This document shows, in pieces, positions 52,143-64,000 of a DNA stretch of 64,000 bases. This DNA comes from Eledone cirrhosa (taxonomy: Eukaryota). The position numbers and the translations under genes were made by a program. Each line of letters starts with the position of its first letter. The first letter of the stretch is position 1. The notes below the pieces were generated by a model, which had not been told where the DNA came from, did no database searches, and worked only from the letters and a program-made list of their open reading frames with translations. The stretch spans positions 14,074,001-14,138,000 of the forward strand of contig OZ024765.1 in assembly GCA_964016885.1 (NCBI GenBank), given 5' to 3'.

Positions 52143-52545
52143 TTTCCTTCTTCTTCTTCTTCTTCTTCTTCTTTACCTTCTTCTTCTTCTTTGCCTTCTT
52201 CTTCTTCTTCTTCTTCTTTACCTTCTTCTTCTTCTTTGCCTTCTTCTTCTTCTTCTTCTTCTTCTTCTTCTTCTTCTTTACCTTCTTCTTCTTCTTTGCC
52301 TTCTTCTTCTTTGCCTTCTTCTTCTTCTTTGCCTTCTTCTTCTTCTTCTTCTTCTTTGCCTTCTTCTTCTTTGCCTTCTTCTTCTTCTTTGCCTTCTTCT
52401 TTTTCTTCTTTTTCTTCTTTTTCTTCTTCTTCTTCTTCTTCTTCTTCTTTGCCTTCTTCTTCTTCTTCTTCTTCTTCTTCTTCTTTGCCTCCTTCTTCTT
52501 CTTCTTCTTCTTCTTTGCCTTCTTCTTCTTCTTCTTTGCCTTCTT
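52143..52545. repeat. (TTC)n compound microsatellite
   Basis: ttc repeats interrupted by tttgcc/tttacc. Confidence 0.95.
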
Positions 52546-52756
52546 TATGAGTTGGTCTCAAGTTGATGCTCACTTGATCAAGATCAGAGATCAGGGATCA
52601 GTTTCCAGCTCCCTCCCACACAGTGATGATGTCAACAAACTTGGGTCTCTGTGGTGTTTTATATCGAAATTTATCAGCTGTATAAATAATTTATAAGAGA
52701 AATTGAATTAAATAAATTGTTTAGAATCATATTCTTACTGTTTGTATTTATTTGAA

Positions 52757-53030
52757 GGTGTGTGGCTTTCTGGTTAGGGTGTTGGACTTACAATCATAAT
52801 GCTGTGGGTTTGATTCCTGGATTTGGTTGTGTGTGGTGTACTTCAGCAAAAGATTTTGTTTCACATTGTTACTGTCTTTTCAGCTGAAAATGAGTACCAA
52901 CAGTAGCTGGGAGTTAACTCTGCAATGGACTAGTATCCTGTCCAGGGGGAAGTCTAGGTTGAAGACTTGTGAAACTGGGATAATTTACCAGCCTGATGAG
53001 CCACTGGACTTGAGACAGACCTATACCTGG
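52757..53030 (+). mobile_element. Older tRNA-derived SINE (V-SINE-like core)
   Basis: Degenerate A/B boxes, ctgcaatggactagtatcctgtccagggg core, cctgatgagcc tail. Confidence 0.55.
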
Positions 53031-53037
53031 GATGGAC

Positions 53038-53073
<36 letters not shown>

Positions 53074-53508
53074 CCTCAGACCGGGCGATGTGTTGTTTCC
53101 TTGAGCAAGACACTTTATTTCACATTGCTCCAGTTTACTCAGCTGTAGAAATGACTGGGGTCCCTATCATTCCACTGCAAAGTGGTCGTGGAGGTGCCAC
53201 GGCAAAAAAGCACCCAGCACTCCCTGTAAATGAGGTTGGTGTTAGGAAGGGCATCCAGCTGTAGAAATCAAGCCAGAATCAGTTCCCGTCCCACCCTTGC
53301 AAGCAGGGAAAAAGTGGACGTAAAATGAAATGAATGAATGAATGAATATATATAGTATAGGAAGTTTTGGTACCAAATCAAACACTCTATCCACAGGCAG
53401 AGTGTATATAATAGAAAAAAAACGAGGAAGTTTCGTTTACATATGTAAAATATTTATTGTGTAGAACATATATTGAAACGATTGTAATATGTCAATAAAA
53501 TTTATATA

Positions 53509-53586
53509 CAGGGTGTCCCCAAAAATGTATACATACTTTGATTAGAACGTTGTTGAAGTAGGTATACATTTTTTGAGGACACCTTG
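53509..53586. mobile_element. Tiny Tc1-type MITE
   Basis: TA|CAGGGTGTCCCCAAAAAATGTATAC...GTATACATTTTTTGAGGACACCTTG|TA. Confidence 0.7.
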
Positions 53587-55164
53587 TATATGCTGCACCT
53601 GTAACTTCGATATATATATATATATCATATGTCTATATATATATTGTATGTATATATATATATTATATATGTACTTATCATATGTCTATATATTATATAT
53701 ATATATATTATATATATATATTATATATATATATATTATATATGTATATTATATATGTATATTATATATGTATATTATATATATATATATTATATATATA
53801 TTATATTTATATATATATTATATTTATATATATATTATATATATATATATATAATGGATATGAATCGAAGCTTTAGCTGCTATACAGCAGGTACTAATTG
53901 AGTTGTTTGAGGCAATCACAAATCACTCAATGGATCGATAAGCTTTTTACAACGAATTAAAGTTATAACTATAAATACGACTACTTTACTCAGTAGAATT
54001 GCCGTGACTATGTCCATAGAATTTAATTTATTTTATTGATATTCAAGTTATCGGGAGTTAAGATAGACAGGTAATATGAAATTGCTACACGGTGACATAA
54101 TTAGTTTTACACCGGTATTTTGAAAGCCATTTTAGATATGCTTATGAAAAAGGTATGTAAAGTTTTGTTGACATGTTAGGATACCTTGGCTTTTTTTAAT
54201 TCGTAGAACTCTTCATAAATATGTTATCTATGTTAAGAATATATATAACAAAGATCGTATCACGATTATTGGTTTGTCTCTTTACAACCAAAAAATACTT
54301 CATATGTCTCCCAGGCACTCCAAATATGGTCCTTCTTGTCATTGTATATCTAGTATATTTCTAAATATGAATTAATGTAGAAATATATACACTCCTGAAA
54401 TATCTTTCAACAGCAATACAACTCAACATCGCTACCCCACTGGTGCTGTCAGCCTCATTGTCTTCGTACACCTCACAGACATTCCACATACATTGTATAT
54501 CTAGTATATTTGTACATGTACATGTTAGCCTCTTCATACACAGATAAAACATGTTAAATAACAGTTATATGTAATTAATAGTTTCTCTCTAAATATAAGA
54601 TTTGTCAATTAATTGGCATTTGATTCGACAATTTAAAGTTACCGGGGAAGAGTCGGTAAAATAAACAAAAGGTAATATGAAATCCTTACACCGGTGACGT
54701 AAATATGCTTTACACCGGCATTTTGAAAACCATCTTGGGCATTGCGTTTATTTTAAAGAGGTATATAAAGTTTTATTTGTCGTGTAGGGTAGGATATGTC
54801 TGTACATTGATGTATATAATTCATAGAGCCCTTCCTTGTTAAATATTCTTAATATACGTAACACCGCATCAGAATAACTGAATTGTCTCTCTACAATATC
54901 TGAAAATACTTCGTTCCCAGACATATGTAGTTTGTTCTCTTCCAAATCTCTATTTGAGGTCTTATCACAAGACCCCAGCCCCTGTCAGTTTAAAGGTTGT
55001 CCCTGTTCAACAGCGGACCATACGTGTATATGTTTGGTAAGTCTGAGGAAAACGCACATAGCCTCCAAAAGTACTTTCAGATGAAAGATATCGAAGTTGT
55101 TAATGTTTCTCTTAAACCGGTGTGTGGTCTTTCTCTCCGCCACATTTTAAAACAACGAAGGACA

Positions 55165-55254
55165 CATGTATATATATATATGTGTGTATGTATATATATA
55201 GGTGTAAGTATATATATATATGTACGTATATATATGTAGGTATACATATATGTG

Positions 55255-55342
<88 letters not shown>

Positions 55343-55493
55343 TATATATATGTATGTACGTATATATATGTATATATATGTATGTATATATCATCATCGT
55401 TTAAACGTCTATCTTCCATGCTATGTATGTATATATATGTATGTATATATGTGTATATATATGTATGTGTAAATATATGTATGTATATATATG

Positions 55494-55525
<32 letters not shown>

Positions 55526-55596
55526 CATATATATATATGTATATATATACATATATATATATGTATATATATACATATATATATGTATATATATAC

Positions 55597-55639
<43 letters not shown>

Positions 55640-55705
55640 TGTGTATATATATATATATATACATACATATGCTTATACATGTGCATATATATGTATGTGT
55701 ATATA

Positions 55706-55736
<31 letters not shown>

Positions 55737-55830
55737 GTATATATATATATATATGTGTATATACATATATATATATATGTATATATATATATATGTATGT
55801 ATATACATATTTATGTACATAAATATATTT
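55165..55830. repeat. (TA)n/(TATG)n microsatellite block
   Basis: Long alternating TA/TG tract; similar blocks at 53607-53852 and 57608-57816. Confidence 0.95.
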
Positions 55831-56062
55831 GTTTTTTTGGGGCAAATGCATTCGATGTTCGAGAGTAGGATTGACTCCGTGCAAAGCCTTTCCTCACTTA
55901 AAAAAGCTTCGAGCACAGGTATCGCTTGATATGTGACATTTTTTGCGATGCATGGTATTGCTGGCCATAGGCAAGACCATAGTAGGACGAAAAAGCCATG
56001 TCCATGATGCTCATGCTTAAGTATAAAGCGATATCATTACTCGAAATCAAGTTACAGCCATC

Positions 56063-56096
<34 letters not shown>

Positions 56097-56387
56097 CTCC
56101 TTCGTTATATATATATATATATATATATATAACGAAGGAGTTGTGGTAGCGACCAGATGGACCATAAAGCACCAGAGTACTCAATACTTAGGGTAGTAGA
56201 GTGGGTAATATGAAAATGTATGACCCCGACGGCAGAGGTCAAGCCGTTTTGACGGCTATTTCTGGACTAAATTAGAATCTTTAGTGTGGTAAACAAATCA
56301 GATTTATTTACCAGGCTAAAAATTATAATTTAGTCCAAAAATAGCCGTCGAAACGGCTTGATCTCTGCCGTCGGGGTCATACATTTT

Positions 56388-56426
<39 letters not shown>

Positions 56427-56564
56427 GTATATATATACTAATTTCAACTAGTAAGACCGTAATTCAGCAAAGTACTCAATACTTGGGATAGTAGAGTGTA
56501 AATATAGCAGAGAGTCAGGAATTTGGTGTCGAAACTACTTGAGCTCAGCCGTCAGGTCCTGTTG

Positions 56565-56595
<31 letters not shown>

Positions 56596-57814
56596 GTGTC
56601 GGGACCTCGACAGCTGAGCTCTTGCCGTTCCAACAGCTAGTCCCAGACTCTTGAAACAGCAAGACCTCAGCTGTCGGGGGGTCCCGACCCTTTCATATAA
56701 CCATACTCTCTTACCCCAAGTATCGAGTATTCTGGTGAGTAATGGTCTAAACAGGTTTTTACTGTATCCATATCCATCTATCTATATATATGCATGTATG
56801 TGTGTGTATGTACGTATGTGTATGTATGTATATGTGTATATATATATGTATATATATCCTGCAGGAGTAAAAACAAAACCTGTTAAAAGGCAAAGGGGCT
56901 CTTAAGAGTCAATGGCCATCCAAAATCACCGGGAGAGATGACCCCTTAGCCTTTGTCAAGGCAGAATTCTAGGAGAAGGAAAACTCTGATATAACACCTG
57001 CAACCCTGATGGTATCCAATGATGTTAACTTGTCCTTTTTGGTAAATATCATCTTGGTTAAGAGAGTGGGACTGGCTTTGTGCAGTGCCTTTGCTCACTA
57101 TAAAAGCTTCACGGCACAGGCATTGCTTTATATCTGGAGATCTCTCTGCACTTGTCATCACATGGTACTATGGGCCCAGCACTATGTGTCAATAATTGTC
57201 ACAAGTGTAGTGTAGTACCAGAGTTTTCAAGTCGCTGGCTGGACTAAAAAGTCACACTCGTTCAGTGCATCGGTAGGGGTTCTCCTACATGGATATAAAG
57301 TAGTGGCCGTACTCGAAAACGAGTTGGCAGCCACCATATATATATGTATGTGTGTGTATATATATACATAGTAGTGAAAGAGTGAAGAATAACATGGTCA
57401 GCTGTACAAAAGGGTTTTATTTACATGTTATTCTTCACTCTTTCACTACTATTACTCGAAGAATAACCTACATGAGAATTCTCGCAAACTCGCTACCTAA
57501 CTAAGGAAACCCCTTGTTGAGGTCAAACAACGCCATACGTTAAAACTATCCATAGTACAGAGTACTCACTACCTCTAACTGGATTACCTAAAATGATAAC
57601 TTATCCCATATATATATATATGTGTATGCATATATATATATGTTTGTATGTATATATGTATATGCATCTATATTTATGTGTGTATATGTATGTATATGTA
57701 TGTATATGCATATATATATATATATATGTGTATATGTATGTATATGCATATATATGTATATATCTATGTGTATATATATATATATATATATATCTATGTG
57801 TATATATATATATA

Positions 57815-58517
57815 TATGCTCCGTTGGATGTGTAATAGTAATATACGTGAACAGCAAAGCATAAATGAACTAAGTGAGAAATTAGGTATAAGAGGGATCA
57901 GATGTTGTTTACTCGAGAGAAGACTACATTGGTATGGTCATGTGATGCACATGAAAGACGACAGCTGTAGAAAAAAGTGCAGGGCGATCAAAATTGATGG
58001 AAGCTACGGAGTAGGCAGATCCATAAAAACCTGGGACGGTTTGATAAATTTCGACTTTACACACTTACACCTCTCCAAGACAATGTCACTGGACCGAGAA
58101 CTTTGGTGCTACGCAGTAATACAGAAGACCCGCTTTGCCTAAGTACAAAGCAAAACCTACAATCGGTAGGCACCTCTTAACCAAAAATACACCCATCCCA
58201 CTACTCCTACCACCACCCCTTTCTCTGTAAAGTTATGTTGGTACCACACCATCCTGTCCTAAATAAATGAGGTCGTGTAGGTGTCACTACAAAAAAAAAA
58301 CACACAGTCCATGCTGTAATGTGGCCGTGTAGGTAACATGGTAAAAACCTCCCAGTCCACACTGTAAACGTGTTTGGTGTTAGGAAGGGCATCCAGCCGC
58401 AGAAAACCTGCCAGAAAGTCCTACACGAGCAAGACAACCAATCTTGCCTCAAGTGGGACAATTCCCATCTAAACCCATGCTAGCATGGCAGATAGACGTT
58501 AAACGATAATGATGATG
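57815..58517 (+). mobile_element. RTE LINE 3' fragment
   Basis: [12 protein letters not shown]...RRLHWYGHVM...KTWDGLI followed by the 3' UTR and a GAT tail. Confidence 0.9.
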
Positions 58518-58620
58518 TATGTATATACATTTATATATGTGTGTGTATGTATATATATATATATATCTAGATCCGAACTGGCTGTTGAAATAGCAGGAGC
58601 TCAGCTATCGGATCACAAAT

Positions 58621-58664
<44 letters not shown>

Positions 58665-58710
58665 GAAATGACAGGAGGCTGGATTTGTGTAAATCCTTGA
58701 AAGGTTTATT

Positions 58711-58768
58711 ATACTATGATCATTTCAATGACCGGGTTCCGTATGAATCCGGTGATATCATCAGGTAT
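58711..58768 (-). ncRNA. Type-I hammerhead ribozyme with canonical core
   Basis: Minus strand: ATAC-CTGATGA-stem II (ACCGG.TTC/GAA.CCGGT)-GAAA-TGATCA-TA-GTAT; stem III ATGATCAT is palindromic. Confidence 0.7.
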
Positions 58769-60285
58769 TCGAAATATAATACGTGAATGTAATAGGTAAA
58801 ATCCATGGGGCTGAAAATCGAGCCCCGAGGGCGTACGGAATAGACCAGCTCTATACAGTGGTGAACCTCAAACCTGAATAAATATATATATATATATATC
58901 TATATATATATATCTATATATATATATCTATATATATATATCCAAAATTAAGATAAATCAAAGTGAATTTAATCTAAATAAAAATTATGGGTGTCATGCC
59001 AGACCAAAACTCTGTTGAAAGGACTTGACTGCTGTTTCTAGTTGTCGATAACCCTATTCACACGAAGCTGGTATGATGTGTGTATTTTTAGTAGATACAG
59101 CATGTGTTACTGGCCAGTCGCTGATTTGAACTTAATGTGTAAACACAGATGGCTGGACTTCTTCCTTGTTGATAATCCAAGTATCGGCCTCCGTGATTTA
59201 CCATTCGATTAATTGGTGAAATATATTTCTTTAATGGAATAAATACAGGGAAGATTAATCATATTATAAGGTATCTATTTTTGAAGTTCTAGTTAACTTT
59301 ATTTAGTTACCTACCTAGCTATGTGTGCTTACACACTTGTAAAAATTATCCCCTGTGATTGTTTCATATGTTTATTTATATGTTAATCAATTTCTAGTTG
59401 TTATATATATATAAATTTCTCATTCTATCTTCTGATGATTTTTTTTACTACTATATCAAGTGTAAAACTAATAATATATTTCTTCATTGTACTGTGTTGT
59501 TTGCTTTATTATTTCTGTTTGCCTTGTGTATATATATATAATTGTTTCTACTTTTGGCACAAGGCCAGCAATTATCTCAGTTTATTACTGGTACTTTATT
59601 TTATCGACCCCGCAAGGATGAAAGGCAAAGTTAACCTCGGTGGGATATGAACTCAGATCATAAAGGGCTGTAACTCTTTGTGTCAAAGCGTGGCGTCCAA
59701 CCGTCTAGCGATACTGCCAATCCACCATATATATAATGTTACACAATATGATGGTGTAGCTGTAGTCTACAAATATATTGACTTCACACAAGGTTCTATG
59801 ATGTAAATTTAATAATAAATTTGAAATTCATATTCAATTCACCCGTTAAATATTTATATTTACAGTTTACCAATATAGAAATATCAAATTTTCTATATAT
59901 CTTTACTTTTTAAATATTCTCTATTATCTCTCATACTGTTTCTTTATTATTTCAGAGTATCAGATGACATTGACCTAAAGGAATATTATACATCAGCTAT
60001 ATCATCAATACTAAAGTGTACAGTTATACAGAAACAATATATAATCCTGTTTATATAACTCTATGGTGGAATTACTGTGAAATATTTCCTTACAACTGAG
60101 ATTAATAACATTTCTCTTCTTCATTGTCTGGCATATTTTGTATTGTAATTCAACTTGGATAAATTTTACAAAGAAAATATTTGCAGCATCTTCAGGTATT
60201 AACAAAGATCCCAGTCGATGGAAACAGCTGAACTGATATATCAGTATATTCTGAGAAAAGGAAAATTGTGGAAAAAAATTATTAT

Positions 60286-61260
60286 ATGAAAGGTTTACAT
60301 ATTCAAGAAGAGAAATCAAAAGAGATGGAGAAATCATCTTACCAGTGTGATATCTGTGGCAAATCATTCGCTGAAGATAGTAGTTTAACTACTCACAAAC
60401 ACATTCATACAGGAGAGAAACGATACTGCTGTGAGATCTGTGGTAAATCATTCTCTAAATGTGATAATTTAACTAAACACATACGTATTCATACAGGAGA
60501 GAAACCATATCACTGCGACATATGTGGTAAATCATTCTCTGAATGCAGTCCCTTAACTATGCATAAACGTATTCATACAGGAGAGAAAAAGCATCACTGT
60601 GATATCTGTGGTAAACCATTCTGTAGAAATGGTGACTTAATTAAACACAAACGTATTCATACAGGAGAGAAACCGTATCACTGCGACATCTGTGAGAAAT
60701 CATTCACTGAAGGTAGTAGCTTAATTGTACACAAACGCATTCATACAGGAGAGAAACCATATCACTGCGATATCTGTGGTAGATCATTCGCTGGAGGTAG
60801 TAGTTTAACTACTCACAAACGCACTCATACAGGAGAGAAACCATATCACTGTGATATCTGTAGTAAATCTTTCTCTCGAGGCAGTGACTTAACTAGTCAC
60901 AAACGCATTCATACAGGAGAGAAACCATATCACTGTGATATCTGTGGTAAATCATTGTCTAAAAGTAGTGACTTAACTACTCACAGACGCATTCATACAG
61001 GAGAGAAAGAACATCACTGTGACATCTGTGGTAAATCATTCTCTAGAAATGATCAATTAACTAGACACAAACGCGTTCATACAGGAGAGAAACCTTATCA
61101 TTGCGACATCTGTGAGAAATCATTCTCTCGAAAGGATAAATTAACGACTCACAAACTCATTCACAGAGGAGAGAAACCTTATCACTGTGATAACTGTGGT
61201 AAATCATTCTCTCGAAAAGATAGTTTATCAAAACATGTAGGTCTTCATATAGAAACCTAA
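60286..61260 (+). CDS. C2H2 zinc-finger protein with 11 tandem fingers, single coding exon
   Basis: Eleven C-x2-C-x12-H-x3-H fingers with TGEKP-type linkers. First in-frame ATG at 60286; candidate upstream acceptor tttcag at about 59956. Confidence 0.93.
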   Translation: MKGLHIQEEKSKEMEKSSYQCDICGKSFAEDSSLTTHKHIHTGEKRYCCEICGKSFSKCDNLTKHIRIHTGEKPYHCDICGKSFSECSPLTMHKRIHTGEKKHHCDICGKPFCRNGDLIKHKRIHTGEKPYHCDICEKSFTEGSSLIVHKRIHTGEKPYHCDICGRSFAGGSSLTTHKRTHTGEKPYHCDICSKSFSRGSDLTSHKRIHTGEKPYHCDICGKSLSKSSDLTTHRRIHTGEKEHHCDICGKSFSRNDQLTRHKRVHTGEKPYHCDICEKSFSRKDKLTTHKLIHRGEKPYHCDNCGKSFSRKDSLSKHVGLHIET

Positions 61261-64000
61261 TCCTATATATATATCAAACTTCGTTACATAAGAACATCAT
61301 GGGAGTTAGCCATGTGGTCTTTGGTCATCATCATTACTGAATGCTCGCGTTCCCTGCTAGCAAGAGTGTGTGTGTGACAGCTCACACCTATGCAGGTTTA
61401 GCTGGCCTCCTCCAAGGTATATTTTGTTGGAGGTGTCTTGGTTAATTTAATGATAGGGACCCCAGCCCTATCATCTCATTTCTACAGCTGAGTAAACTGG
61501 AGCAATGTGAAATAAAGTGTCTTGCTTAAGGAAGCAACACATCACCTGGTCTGAGAATTGAACTCACAACCTTTCGATTGCAAGCCCAATGCTCTAATCA
61601 CTAAGCCATGTGCCTTCACAGCAAGGGTTGGACAGGTCAGTACTGAAATGGGGCTACTGACCTTCCAGACAGGCCAGGGAGAGTCTGCATCTTGCTTCTG
61701 TATTGTCTCACATTCTGCACCAGATAGGTTGTCATGTCTTTGACACAACTGAAGGGTCCTCCTAACCTTTTGGGCACCAGATAGGTTGTTATGTCTTTGA
61801 CACAACTGAAAGCTCCTCCCAACCCTTTGATTCATAATGTTTCCCTTTTTTAAATTATATAACAGTGTCTTACAAATTTCTGAGTGCAGTCTCTTTCTTC
61901 ACATCTAAGCACCTACAAGGTTACAGAGAGGAGTAGTATGAGGTAGTGAAACTACTACTCTCTCTTTACATGTTGTGACATAATGGCAGAAATTTATACA
62001 TAGATATATATAGATCCTCTTCCTTCCTTTTACACACACATACATCCATGAAGGCAGCAGATGTAAAGAGAGAGGAGTAGTATGAGGTAGTAAAACTACT
62101 CTCTCTCTTTACATGTTGTGACAGAATCGCAGAAATTTATACATAGATGACTGTCATTCACAGTATTTGGCTGTTTTCACCTTTTCAGTGCCATAGACGA
62201 GATAACTCGTTTCCAACAGTTCATAACTTCATTTTACTGGAAAAAACCCAGCACAGCAACTGTAGCTGTGTAAAATATACACAGCAGTTAACAGGTTACA
62301 GGACTCCTACAACTGGCGTCCTGTCCAGTTTTGTACTCTCAGACACTTAACCCTTTAGTGTTCAAACCAACCAGAATTCTCTACCTCTTTCTGTTGAAAC
62401 TGGTCACTCAAACTGATGTTAAGGTATTGTTCTCAAAATAAATACTTTCAAAATCTCATAGATTCGATATTATGTGAGATAAAGCCTTTATCATGAAAAT
62501 ATAATAGTATATATAGAGTAATGTGAATGCTAAAGGGTTAATGTCAAGGAAACCGGTGATAAGCTTAGAACAGACGTTATGTATTATACTAAATTCAAGT
62601 TTAATCAACTCACATATTGATGAAGGAAATCATGGTCTTAGATGCTTATAATCAAAATCGATAATTGGTGACTGATACTAATTACTAAGATCGATGGTTT
62701 GCATCTTTTTTTTTTTGTGTCTCTAACATAAATGTTACTATCTTTAAGTAATACTTATATATTGATTGTTCTGTATTAAATACTAGTAGTTTCTCAATTG
62801 ATATATAGAAACGGAATGAAAGTGAGGTAACGGGCGTGAAAAAAAATTTTCTTTCTGAATATATTTCGGAGACGAAGTTTAATATTGATAATCATTTGGT
62901 AGATATATATATATAATTTTTTTCAATGAATAAAATTTTACCTATAAGTATGACTAATTTACTTAGTAGAATGGCGCTGCGCTGCACTGCACGTAACGTT
63001 TCGGGCTTCGCTATTGTACTTATGTATGGCATTACCATTCTATATATCTGAAGATCGAATCGTTGCGAGGGCAGTCGGAGTATTTGCAGACTGGCTTTAT
63101 GTTGGCTTGTGTTCCGTCACAGATTTTTTTAAAATTTAAAATGTTTATTAGAGTTATCTCCCTTTTATCTGGAATTACCCCCACTTTAATGAAACTCTTC
63201 TCTTTTTATTCTGGATATTCATGGAAAAAGGTATGTAATGTTTTATTTGTTGCGTATACTTTAATTCGTTGCTAAACACTCCCAGATATTCTTGAGACAC
63301 GAAAATAAACTTTACTATCTTTTATACTGGAAGAAACCTTTTCGTTTTTAGAGATATATACACACACATAAAGCCACATTTATATATAATCGTTTTCACT
63401 AGACACACGCGCTCGTCTATATACAGCCATAACTAAGTCCCCTTTTCGTCTAAGAAATAAAACAAAACTCTCTATTTATACACATGTACTAACATACCAG
63501 TTCTCACAAACAAAACATATCCATACACACATTTTATTATCTTCTCTATACCTTTCACACCCAATGAAGCATGTTAGTTTCTTTCTCTCCTACCATCGGA
63601 CCTAGGCGTCCTTTTGTACGTAAATAAACCTTCTTGTCAACAGTGGGTGTAGCTCTCAACCACTTTTATTATCCTTGTGCACACAGTCTTTCCATTACAT
63701 CGCATAGAGTTTATGCCTTATCCGTTACATATTAAGCAGGATCCTATCCTATCCTTCCTGACTCTGAGCCCCTTTTGATTCCGTAGTCGGAACTTATATT
63801 TTGCATAGAGATGCTACCACATTTATATAAAGCTACCTCTTCTAAGTGACAAAACTAAATCTTCTTTCTAACAAACTAAGCCTTCTCTCTTTTCAATAAA
63901 ATATAACCAAACCTTCCCCCTATACACACACAGCTACATTCTATAACTTTATTCTCTAGACACTGTATCATCTTTCTTACATCAAGTTGTTTCATCTCTG

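Noticed and set aside
52100-52573. Poly-Glu / poly-Ser ORFs
   Set aside because: (TTC)n microsatellite.
55077-55929. YI-rich ORFs
   Set aside because: (TA)n microsatellite translations.

Overview
Eukaryotic, repeat-dense DNA that looks like a coleoid cephalopod (Octopus-like); this is inferred from the (TA)n tracts, the tRNA-derived SINEs, the RTE LINEs ending in (GAT)n and the single-exon C2H2 gene. I reconstructed four genes by hand from GT-AG junctions with consistent phases. (1) The 5' part of a minus-strand secreted cysteine-rich protein (signal peptide plus a pacifastin/VWC-like motif; exons 4462-4414 and 87-<1). (2) An 8-exon CKAP2/CKAP2L-like gene (7546-23027, about 508 aa) with CCAAT and CHR-like promoter motifs. 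(3) An 8-exon YajO/bacterial-type aldo-keto reductase (31559-51640, about 360 aa). (4) An 11-finger C2H2 zinc-finger ORF (60286-61260). Most ORFs in the supplied track are repeat or microsatellite artefacts. The most interesting non-genic signals are: type-I hammerhead ribozyme motifs with palindromic stem III, tied to Penelope-like element ends; a recurring module-plus-foldback-hairpin architecture inside (TA)n tracts; tandem arrays amplified from real splice donors; and satellites born from different parts of one piggyBac-type MITE or from RTE fragments. No database searches or folding programs were run, and repeat boundaries and copy numbers are approximate.
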